From: Malacoraja senta
Lineage: Eukaryota
Length of the DNA: 64,000 nucleotides
Assembly: GCA_038087875.1 (NCBI GenBank)
Contig: CM075995.1
Span: forward strand, 9,116,001 to 9,180,000
Direction of reading: 5' to 3'
The position numbers and the translations under genes are program-made. The notes under the pieces were generated by a model. The model did no database searches. It was not told the DNA's origin and saw nothing but the letters and a program-made list of their open reading frames with translations. Each line of letters starts with the position of its first letter. Positions within the stretch are counted from its first letter, which is position 1. Shown here piece by piece: positions 26,863 to 38,730 of this stretch.

Positions 26863-29800
26863 GTGTGTTTACAACATGTCTAAAATATATATTCACATAT
26901 ACATGTAGCAACTCTGCTGCTACGCCCTAGTTCCAGCAGTTCGTGTTTTACTCGCGTTTCAAGAGAAAGTGTTTAGCTATTAACAATTCCCTCAAAAGTC
27001 TGGAGAAGGGTCTCAATATACAATAGACAATAGACAGTCTCGACCCGAAGCGTCACCCATTCCTTCTCTCCACAGATGCTGCCTGACCCGCTGAGTTACT
27101 CCAGCACTCTGTGAAACGTCACCTATCCATGTTCTCCACAGATGCTGCCTGACCCACTGAGTTACTCCAGCACTCTGTGTCTTTACTTAATACCGAGTAA
27201 TGCACAATGGTTTTACACTTTAATCCTCGTACGTCGCATTATTTGTGCACTCGTTTGCAGTGCCGCTCTTTACAAGGCTCCGCCATTTATTTAGTTTTCG
27301 TTTAGTTTAGATTTCCCACTAGTTCTATGTTGTGAGTCTGTGGAATTCTCTGCCTCAGAGGGCGGTGGAGGCAGGTTCTCTGGATGCTTTCAAGAGAGAG
27401 TTAGATAGGGCTCTTAAAGATAGCGGAGTCAGGGGATATGGGGAGAAGGCAGGAATGGGGTACTGATTGTGGATGATCAGCCATGATCACATTGAATGTA
27501 GGTGCTGGTTAGAAGGGCCGAATGGCCTACTCCTGCACCTATTGTCTATTGTTATCCAATTTCCTAGAATAAGGGACTACCAGTTGTAAAATATTACACA
27601 GTGTGAACACGAAAAACAACATTTCGAATGATGGAAATGCTATATAGATTTTAGTTTCGTTTAGTTTACAGATACACAGCATGGAAAAAGAATGCCCTTC
27701 GGCCCACCGAGGCCGCACCGACCATCGATCGCCCGTTCACACTAGTTCACACTATCCCATTTTCTCATCCACTCGAAGATAGACACAAAATGCTGGAGTC
27801 ACTCGACACAAAATGCTGGAGTCACTCAGCGGGACAGGCAGCGTCTCTGGAGAGAAGGAATGGGTGACGCTTCGGGTCGAGACCCTTCTTCAGACTCATC
27901 ACACTATAGGGGGGCACGAAGGGCCTGTTTCCGCGCTGTATCTCTAAACTAAACTCTCTATAAAAAATGTCCCAGAGTTGAAATATTATTTATCTTAAAC
28001 AACGCGCTAGAAAACAAATAAAAAAAACGTCAGCACATTGCAAACTTGCAACATTTCACAGTAAGGCTTGTACACTCTGGAGTTTAGAAGGATGAGAGGT
28101 GATCTTATGGAAAACATATAAGATTATTCAGGGTTTGGACACGCTAGAGGCAGGAAACGTGTTCCCAATGTTGGGTGAGTCCAGAACCAGGGGCCACAGT
28201 TTAAGAATAAGGAGTAAGCCATTTAGAACGGAGACGAGGAAACACTTTTTCTCACAGAGAATGGTGAGTCTGTGGAATTCTCTGCCTCAGAGGGCGGTGG
28301 AGGCCGGTTCTCTGGATGCTTTCAAGAGAGAGCTAGATAGGGCTCTTAAAGATAGCGGAGTCAGGGGATATGGGGAGAAGGCAGGAACGGGGTACTGATT
28401 GTGGATGATCAGCCATGATCACAGTGAATGGCGGTGCTGGCTCGAAGGGCCGAATGGCCTACTCCTGCGTCTATTGTCTATTGTCTATTGTCTATTGTCT
28501 AAAAACACAATTATTACTTTTGGGAAAGAGGGGGTGTCGTTCCTTGGTAAACCTGTATTTTCTTTTTTCTACAGTAATTCCCATTATTCTGGAGCACCGC
28601 ACAATGTATCGGCGGGAATATTATGGTGGGGAGGGGGGGGGTAAATCTATATAGCATTTCCATCATTCGAAATGTTGTTTTTCGTGTTCACACTGTGTAA
28701 TATTTTACAACGGGTAGTCCCTTATTCTAGGAAATTGGATAACAATAGGACAATAGGTGCAGGAGTAGGCCATTCGGCCCTTCTAACCAGCACCGATATT
28801 CAATGTGATCATTGAAGAAGGGTTTCGGCCCGAAACGTCGCCTATTTCCTTCGCTCCATAGATGCTGCTGCACCCGCTGAGTTTCTCCAGCACTTTTGTG
28901 TACCTTCAATGTGATCATGGCTGATCATCCCCAATCAGTACAAATAATATGGAACTCTAACCGATATTAAGTCGAGACTTAAAACTCATCTTTACTCTCA
29001 AGCCTTTGTTGACGTCCTCTGAGGGAGGGCTGTATGTATGTATTTATGTATGTACTTAATCTATGAACCATTGTTGTATAACGTTAGTACCTCCACCAAT
29101 GTAAAGCACTTTGGTCAACGAGAGTTGTTTTTTAAATGTGCTATAGAAATAAAAGTGACTTGACTTGCTATCTCAGAGTTTATATCTAAATATGAACAGG
29201 GTACGTGGATAGGACGGGTTTGGAGGGATATGGACCAAGCGCGGGCAGGTGGGACTAGTGTAGCTGGGACATGTTGGCCGGTGTGGGCAAGATGGGCCGA
29301 AGGGCCTGTTTCCACGCTGTATCACTCTGTGACTCTTATTAAGTTGTCTTAATGTCACGCGAAACTTTTGAGACTTGTCAATGCAGCCGGGACTTGTACA
29401 CCGAATAAGTGATCGATGTCTCGTGTCCATTTCAATAAGTACACGGTACTTGAGTTATCGATACATAGATACATAGATACATAGAAAATAGGTGCAGGAG
29501 TAGGCCATTCGGCCCTTCGAGCCAGCACCGCCATTCAATATGATCATGGCTGACGGGGGGTTATGGGGAGAAGGCAGGAGAATGTTGGAAGGCAGGAGAA
29601 GGCTTGGTAAATGTAAAAATTGTCGCTCGTGTAGGATAGTGTTAGTGTGCGGGGGATCGCTGGTCGGCGCCGACCCGGTGGGCCGAAGGGCCTGTTTCCG
29701 CGCGTTGTATCTCTAAACAGTTTAGTTTACTAAAATCCCTTGCTGAATCCTTCCGTTCAGCCCTAAGAGCTAAATCTAACTCGCTTTAAAAATCTGTACA

Positions 29801-30661
29801 TGGTACAAAATCTGTAGTTAGCATTACCGTCTAACTTATCAATGCCTGATAGAAGTTACCATTGTGGTATGTAGATATCGACATGTACGCGCTGCTTGGA
29901 GTTATCAATATCTTCTGTACATTTCAATATCTATATGGTATTGTAGAAGATCAATATTGTATGTACATTTCAACGTGTAAGTGGGTACTCTCAATAGACA
30001 ATAGACAATAGGTGCAGGCGTAGGCCATTTGGCCCTTCGAGCCAGCACCGCCATTCAATGTGATCATGGCTGATCATCCCCAATCAGTACCCCGTTCCTG
30101 CCTTCTCCCCATATCCCCTGACTCCGCTATCTCTAAGAGCCCTATCTAGCTCTCTCTTGAAAGCATCCAGAGAACCGGCCTCCACCGCCCTCTGAGGCAG
30201 AGAATTCCACAGACTCACCACTCTCTGTGAGAAAAAGTGTTTCCTCGGCTCTCGTTTAAGAAAGAACTGCAGATGCTGGAAATATCAGTCTGAAGAAGGG
30301 TCTCGACCCGAAACGTCGCCCATTTCCTTCTCTCCAGAGATGCTGCCTCACCCGCTGAGTTTCTCCAGCATTTTCTGTGTCTACCTGTTTCGTTTTCTTC
30401 AGTTTAGTGTAGAGATACAGCGCGGAAGCGGGCGCTATAAGGCAGCAACTCTACCGCTGCCGCCCAATGTTCCAAGGTATCAATATCCAATGTGCATGTC
30501 GATGGGTACACGGCACTCCAGTAGTTATCAATATGCTATGCACATTTTAACATGTACACGATAGTCTAGCAGTTATCATTGCTGTGTGCACATTTCAACT
30601 ATGTACAAGGTACTTGGAGTTATCAATATATGATTATATTTCAATCAACAGACAATAGACA

Positions 30662-31160
30662 GTAACTCAGCGGGTCAGGCAGCATCTGTGGAGAACATGG
30701 ATAGGTGACGTTTCACAGAGTGCTGGAGTAACTCAGCGGGTCAGGCAGCATCCGTGGAGAACATGGATAGGTGACGTTTCACAGAGTGCTGGAGTAACTC
30801 AGCGGGTCAGGCAGCATCTGTGGAGAACATGGATAGGTGACGTTTCACAGAGTACTGGAGTAACTCAGCGGGTCAGGCAGCATCTGTGGAGAACATGGAT
30901 AGGTGACGTTTCACAGAGTGCTGGAGTAACTCAGCGGGTCAGGCAGCATCCGTGGAGAACATGGATAGGTGACGTTTCACAGAGTGCTGGAGTAACTCAG
31001 CGGGTCAGGCAGCATCTGTGGAGAACATGGATAGGTGACGTTTCACAGAGTGCTGGAGTAACTCAGCGGGTCAGGCAGCATCTGTGGAGAACATGGATAG
31101 GTGACGTTTCACAGAGTGCTGGAGTAACTCAGCGGGTCAGGCAGCATCTGTGGGGAACAT
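30662..31160. repeat. 66-bp tandem array derived from Penelope terminal sequence; sister arrays at ~2650-3215, 20920-21375, 27060-27180, 39020-39160, 50420-50740, 58735-58995
   Basis: Unit GTAACTCAGCGGGTCAGGCAGCATCTGTGGAGAACATGGATAGGTGACGTTTCACAGAGTGCTGGA; period 66 (30662 to 30728). Confidence 0.93.
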
Positions 31161-33928
31161 GACTCCACACATATAGGGTCAGGACTCTTTTTCCTAATGA
31201 CCTGAAACGTCATCTATTCCTTTTCTCCAGACATGCTGTCTGACCTGCTAAGTTAATAGACAATAGACAATAGGTGCATTAGTAGGCCATTCGGCCCTTC
31301 GAGCCAGCACCGCCATTCGTTGTGATCACGGCTGATCAACCACAATCAGTACCCCTGTCCCTGCCTTCTCCCCATATCCCCCTGACTCCGCTATTTTTAA
31401 GAGCCCTATCTAGCTCTCCCTTGAAAGCATCCAGAGAACCTGCCTCCACCGCCCTCTGAGGCAGAGAATTCCACAGACTCACCACTCTCTGTGAGAAAAA
31501 GTGTTTCCTCGTCTCCGTTCTAACTGGTTCACCCCTTATTCTTAATCTGTACACGGTGCATGGTTACCTATATCTCATGTACATTCCGGTACTCTGGGAG
31601 TTTTTTAACAAAAAATTTAGCTTAGTGATACAGCGAGGAAAACAGGCCCTTCGGCCCACCGAGTCCGCCCCGACCAGCGAACTCCGCACACTAAACACCA
31701 TCCTTAACACTCTAAGGACAGTTTACAATGATACCAAGTCCATTAACCTACAACCTGCACGTCTCTGGAGTTATGGGAGGAAACCGATGACCTCGGAGAA
31801 AGCCTACATCGAAACCCGTACAGACAGCATATCCCCCTGATTCCGGGACCGAACTCGGGATCGAACCCGGGTCTCTGGCGCTGTGAGGCAGCAACTCCAC
31901 CCAATATACTTAGTTCTAAATATCGTATGAAACATTTCAATGTGTTCATGGTTCCACGGAGTTCTCAATGCAGCCTGGAAATCTACACGCGACTCTTACA
32001 GTTACGAATAAACCAGAGATTCTGTGATTCGTAATCAGCCTAAATCTAATCCAGCCACTTGTAACATTACCTGGTCACAAACTCGTTTGTATTGGATTTT
32101 CATCACACTCAATTGAACCGAGAATATAATATATTAGATAGAGAGACACACAGAAAGACCGAGACAGATACAGAGACACAATGTTTAAGAAGGAACTGCA
32201 GATGCTGGAAAATCGAAGGTAGACAAAAATGCTGGAGAAACTCAGCGGGTGAGGCAGCATCTATGGAGCGAAGGAAATAGGTGACGTTTCAATAGACAAT
32301 AGACAATAGACAATATGTGCAGGAGTAGGTCATTCGGCCCTTCGAGCCAGCACCGCCATTCAATGTGATCATGGCTGATCATCCCCAATCAGTACCCCGT
32401 TCCTGCCTTCTCCCCATATCCCCTGACTCCGCTATTTTTAAGAGCCCTATCTAGCTCTCTCTTGAAAACATCCAGAGAACCTGCCTCCACCGCCCTCTGA
32501 GGCAGAGAATTCCACAGACTCACAACTCTCTGTGAGAAAAAGTGTTTCCTCGTCTCCGTTCCTAAATGGCTTACTCCTTATTCTTAAACTGTGGTCCTGG
32601 TTCTGGACTCCCCCAACATCGGGAACATGTTTCCTGCCTCTAGCGTGTCCAAGCCCTTAACAATCTTATATGTTTCAATAAGATCCCCCCTCATCCTTCT
32701 AAACTCCAGAGTGTACAAGCCCAGTTGCTCCATTCTCTCAGCATAGGACAGTCCAGCCATCCCGGGAATTAACCTTGTAAACCTACGCTGCACTCCCTCA
32801 ATAGCAAGAATTCGGGCCGAAACGTCGCCTATTTCCTTCGATCCATAGATGCTGCCTCACCTGCTGAGTTTCTCCAGCATTTTTGTCTACCTTCGATTTT
32901 CCAGCATCTACCTACAGGGACAAAATGCTGGAGTCACTCAGCGGGACAGGCGGCATCTCTGGAGAGAAGGAACGGGCGACGTTTCGGGTCGAGACCCTTC
33001 TTCAGACTAGTTAGGGATGAGGGAAACGAGAGACGTAGACGATGGTGTAGAGGGATATCGAACAAATTAATGAAAAATATTCAAAAAAGTCACGATGATA
33101 AAGGAATCAGACTGTTAGTAGGGTGTGTGCATAGACAGACAGACAGACTTATCACGGCACAAAGACAGACAGACGGTGCGATGGATGTCTTAGGCTTGTA
33201 TTCTAGGCTTGTATTCACTGGAGTTTAGAAGGATGAGGGGGTATCTTATAGAAACATATAAAAATTATAAAAGGACTGGACAAGCTAGATGCAGGAAAAA
33301 TGTTCCCAATGTTGGGCGAGTCCAGAACCAGGGCCACAGTCTTAGAATAAAGGGGAGGCCATTTAAGACTGAGGTGAGAAAAAACGTTTTCTCCCAGAGA
33401 GTTGTGAATTTGTGGAATTCCCTGCCACAGAGGGCAGTGGAGGCCAAGTCACTGGATGGATTTAAGAGAGAGTTAGATAGAGCTCTAGGAGCTAGTGGAG
33501 TCAAGGGATATGGGGAGAAGGCAGGCACGGGTTAATGATTGGGGATGATCAGCCATGATCACAATGAATGGCGGTGTTGACTCGAAGGGCCGAATGGCCT
33601 CCCCCCTGCACCTATTTCCTATGTTTCTAACTCCATCTCACTGTAAGCTGGGGGGAAAGCTGCACCCTGTAAAATAAGTAAAATAAGTAAAGTGTCCTTT
33701 ATTGTCATTCAGACTTTTCAGTCTGAACGAAATTTTGTGCCTTGCAGTCATAACATAGAATAAAATAACAAAAACACACAATAAACACAGATTTAACATC
33801 CACCACAGTGAGTCTACAAGGCACCTCCTCACTGTGATGGAAGGCAAAAGTCTTAAAGTCCTTAAAGTCCTTAAATTCTTAAAGTCTATAATGACTCCCA
33901 GTAGAAGCGGCCACACACTCGCCGGGCT

Positions 33929-33951
33929 GTGTGTATGTGAGTGTGTGTATA

Positions 33952-34004
<53 letters not shown>

Positions 34005-34225
34005 ATATGTGTGTGTATATGTGTGTGAGTGTGTGAGTGTGTGTGTGTATGTGTGTGTGTGTGTGTGTGTGTATGTGTGTGTGTGTGTGTGTGTGTGAGT
34101 GTGTGTATATGTGTGTGTGTGTGTGAGTGTGTGTATATGTGTGTGTATATGTGTGTGTATATGTGTGTGAGTGTGTGTGTATATGTGTGTGAGTGTGTGT
34201 GAGTGTGTGTGTGAGTGTGTGTATA

Positions 34226-34257
<32 letters not shown>

Positions 34258-34309
34258 CGTGTGTGTGTGTGCGTGTGTATATGTGTGTGTGTGTGTGTAT
34301 GTGTGTATA

Positions 34310-34380
<71 letters not shown>

Positions 34381-34452
34381 ATGTGAGTGTGTGTATATGT
34401 GTGTGTATATGTGTGTGAGTGTGTGTGAGTGTGTGAGTGAGTGTGTGTGTGT
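33929..34452. repeat. Imperfect (TG)n microsatellite
   Basis: Direct inspection. Confidence 0.97.
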
Positions 34453-34639
34453 TGTGGACGAGGTTTAGAACAGGGTGGAAGATGCTTTAGTATTTGCTGC
34501 CGACCCTGTTTTTACAAACAGCGGGCAGCCTTCAAACTTCTAGGAAGGAGAGGAGAGGGGGAAAAAAGGGGGAAATGTTCCCCTAAATTGGAGCTATTTG
34601 GCGGAAGGTCAACATTTGTTCAAGCTTGGTGAAGAGAAG

Positions 34640-34832
34640 ATTTCCTACCTAGAAACACGGCCCCGGGCTGCGGCTCTCTCCGGAGACGCGTGTGGGTGAA
34701 GCGAGAGTGTCGAAGCGGCTTCTTCCTTCGCCTCTTGCCAACAGCCAAGCGCTTGGGATCCCACAACCGGGGGCGCGCTTGCTTGCTTGCGTGCGCGCCC
34801 CCGCCGCACCCATGTCCCACTTGGAGGTAGAT
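34640..34832 (+). promoter_or_regulatory. Candidate SYCP2L CpG-rich promoter / non-coding exon
   Basis: Non-repeat GC- and CpG-rich patch (GGGGGCGCGC, GCGCGCCCCCGCCGC) ending in a possible donor TTGGAG|GTAGAT near 34826, upstream of the SYCP2L acceptor at 41878. Confidence 0.4.
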
Positions 34833-35844
34833 GCGAACCACAATTCATGTTCTATTTACATAGAAAGCAGGTGCAGGAGGAGGCCATTCGGCCCTTCCGA
34901 GCCAGCACCACCATTCACTGTGATCATGGCTGATCATCCACAATCAGTCCCCCGTTCCTGCCTTCTCCCCGTATCCCCTGACTCCTTGATTCTGTTGGCC
35001 CCAAGAACTAAACCTAACTCTCTCTTGAAAACATTAGCCTCCACTGCCTTCTGTGGCAGAGAATTCCACAGATTCACAACTCTCTGGGTGGTTTTTTTCT
35101 CATCCTAGTCCAAAATGGCCTACCCCCTTATTCTTACACTGTCTATACTTTCTCAATTCCATTTCGTCTGACTCTCAGTCTGGTAGAAGGGTCTCGATAT
35201 TCTCTGCCTCAGAGGGCGGTGGAGGCAGGTTCTCTGGATGCTTTCAAGAGAGAGCTAGATAGGGCTCTTAAAAATAGCGGAGTCAGGGAATATGGGGAGA
35301 AGGCAGGAACGGGGTACTGATTGGGGATGATCAGCCATGATCACATTGAATGGCGGTGCTGGCTCGAAGGGCCAAATGGCCTACTCTTGCACCTATTGTC
35401 TAGTGTCTAGTGTCACCTATCCCTTTTACTCCAGAGATGCTGCCCGACCCGCTGTGTTACCCCAGCTTTTTTGTGCCTACGGTATAAACCAGCATAAGTT
35501 TATCAGTTCGAGATGCAGAATTAGGCCATTCGGCCCGTCAAGTCTACTCCGCCATTCAATCATGGCTGATCTATCTTCCCCATCCAAACACCATTTCCTG
35601 CCTTCTCCCCATAACCTCTGACACCCGTACTGATCAAGAATCTGCAGTTCCATTCCTACACCTTAATTAGCAACTGAGAACATTGTCTTGTACACTTCTG
35701 AAGCACCTGGTTCCCAATTGTCTATATAAAGAACCATTTGATACTCCGTACAGTCGAACTGTAAGTAATTCGGGTTTTTTCAGATTAATTTGATGTGTGG
35801 TGATGTAAACACGTGTCCATGTTAGACACAGAGTGCTGGAGTAA

Positions 35845-36845
35845 TTCACTAAGGAGGACACAAACAATCTTCCTGATATAGTAGTGTCCAGAGGATCTGG
35901 GGTGACAGAGGAACTGAAGGAAATCCACATTAGGCAGGAAATGGTGTTGGATAGACTGATGGGACTGAAGGCTGATAAATCCACAGGGCCTGATGGTCTG
36001 CATCCCAGGATACTTAAGGAAGTGACTCTAGAAATCGTGGACGCATTGGTGATAATTTTCCAATGTTCTATAGATTCAGGATCAGCTCCTGTGGATTGGA
36101 GGGTAGCTAATGTTATCCCACTGTTTAAGAAAGGCGGGAGAGAGAAAACAGGGAATTATAGACCGGTTAGCCTGACATCGGTGGTGGGGAAGATGCTGGA
36201 GTTAATTATAAAAGATGAGATAGCCGCACATTTGGATAGCAGTAACAGGATCGGTCCGAGCCATCATGGATTTACGAAGGGGAAATCATGCTTGACAAAT
36301 CTTCTGGAATTTTTTGAAGATGTAACTAGGAAAATGGACAAGGGAGAGCCTGTGGATGTAGTGTACCTGGACTTTCAGAAAGCATTTAATAAGGTCCCAC
36401 ATAGGAGATTAGTGGGAAAATTAGTGGGCAAAATTAGGGCACATGGTATTGGGGGTAGAGTGCTGACATGGATAGAGAATTGGTTGGCAGACAGGAAACA
36501 AAGAGTAGGGATTAACGGGTCCCTTTCAGAATGGCAGGCAGTGACTAGTGGGGTACCGCAAGGCTCGGTGCTGGGACCGCAGCTATTTACAACATAGATC
36601 AATGATTTAGATGAAGGGATTCAAAGTAACATTAGCAAATTTGCAGATGACTCAAAGCTGGGTGGCAGTGTGAACTGTGAGGAGGATGCCACGGGAATGC
36701 AGGGTGGAATTCTCTGCCTCAGAGGGCGGTGGAGGCCGGTTCTCTGGATGCTTTCAAGAGAGAGCTAGATAGGGCTCTTAAAAACAGCGTAGTCAGGGGA
36801 TATGGGGAGAGGGCAGGAACAGGGTACTGATCGGGGATGATCAGT
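35845..36845 (+). mobile_element. CR1-type LINE, internally deleted
   Basis: RT ORF 35884-36597; the sequence jumps from mid-RT to the 3' end at about 36705. Confidence 0.88.
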
Positions 36846-38524
36846 CTGCCTGCACGTGATCCATTTCCCTCCGTTCCCTGCTAATTCCCATGGATATTAT
36901 ACCAAATCCCCCACAATATCACTTGCAGATGCACACCCACTAATAGGCGATGATTATCGAGAAATATAAGCAAAACATGCTGATGCTGAGCTATAGTTCA
37001 GTTTAGAGACACAGCGTGGAAACAGGCCCTTCGGCCCACCCAGGCCGTGCCGACCAGCGATCACCAGCACACTAGCACTATCCCACACACACACCAGGGA
37101 CAATTCACAGAAGCCAATCAACCTACAAACCTGTAGGTCTTTGGGACGTGGGAGGAAACCAGAGCACCCGGAGAAAACCAGGCGCTGGATACAAGAACGA
37201 CTTATTTAGAAACCAAATTGATTACAAATCATTTGTACAAATATATTGATATATCTACAATCATTTGTACTATATATAGAAAATCATCTGTAGAACATAT
37301 TTTAATATATCTGTAAGCATTTATACAACATTTATTCATAAATCCTGGTGCAATCAAACAGTTCTGGGGCGGCACGGCGGTGGAGTTGCTGCCTCACAGC
37401 GCCAGAGACCCGGGTTCGATCCTGACCTTGGGTGCTGTCTGTACGGAGTTTGCACGTTCTCCCCGTGACCGTGTGGGTTTTCTCCGGGTGCTCCAGTTGA
37501 CTCTTGATGCTGCCGATACTACCTAACAGTGGATAGATGATGGACAATCTTTGATAAGTTCAGTTTAGTTTGGAGATACAGCGCGGAAAACCCCAGGCCC
37601 TTCGGCCCACCGGGTCCGCGCCGCCCAGCGATCCTCCTACACCCACTAGGGACACATGTTTACATTTACCAAGCCAATTAACCTACAAATTAACCTAGTA
37701 CGGGTGTCAGGGGTTATGAGGCGAAGGCAGGAGAATGGGGTTAGGATAGAGAGATAGATCATTGAATCATTGAAACATGTAAGATTATTAAGGGTTTGGA
37801 CACGCTAGAGGCAGGAAACGTGTTCCCAATGTTGGGGGAGTCCAGAACCAGGGGCCACAGTTTAAGAATAAGGAGTAAGCCATTTAGAACGGAGACGAGG
37901 AAACACTTTTTCTTACAGAGAGTTGTGAGTCTGTGGAATTCTCTGCCTCAGAGGGCGGTGGAGGCAGGTTCTCTGGATGCTTTCAAGAGAGAGCTAGATA
38001 GGGCTCTTAAAGATAGCAGAGTCAGGGGATATGGGGAGAAGGCAGGAACGGGGTACTGATTGGGGATGATCAGCCATGATCACATTGAATGGCGGTGCTG
38101 GCTCGAAGGGCCGAATGGCCTACTCCTGCACCTATTGTCTATTGTCTATTGTCTGTCAGCCATGATTGAATGGCAGAGTAGACTTGATGGGCCGAATGGC
38201 GTAATTCTGCTTCATCACTTCTGACCTTTTGAGTATCTGACCGGGTGTCTGCGATGTACAAGTGTACAAGCGATTTACAAGTGCCTGCGATGTAAACCTA
38301 CAGGGAACTCTCCTGTGGTGTTGGGGCTCCTTTAATGCAATTGTGGGTCAACTAGGGGCACCTGCTGTCTTCTCTCTCCTCAAACACTCCTTCAATCAGT
38401 GCAGGGAGTGGAGACAGGTGTCTATATCACAGGCTGCCACAGGCTCCACATGCACACGTACTCTAGAGGGAGCCTGAGGGAGAGGTGGCAGTCAACACAC
38501 GTTATGGTGAGATGGGAAGGGGAA

Positions 38525-38730
38525 GGAGAAGGGAGAGAAGGGAGAGAAGGGAGAGAAGGGAGAGAAGGGAGAGAAGGGAGAGAAGGGAGAGAAGGGAGAG
38601 AAGGGAGAGAAGGGAGAGAAGGGAGAGAAGGGAGAGAAGGGAGAGAAGGGAGAGAAGGGAGAGAAGGGAGAGAAGGGAGAGAAGGGAGAGAAGGGAGAGA
38701 AGGGAGAGAAGGGAGAGAAGGGAGAGAAGA
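38525..38730. repeat. (GGGAGAGAA)n polypurine tandem repeat
   Basis: About 22 perfect 9-bp units. Confidence 0.97.

Noticed and set aside
30662..31160. CRISPR-like appearance of regularly spaced repeats (also 14657-14865 and 62487-62726)
   Set aside because: Head-to-tail tandem units with no unique spacers and no cas genes, in a vertebrate context.
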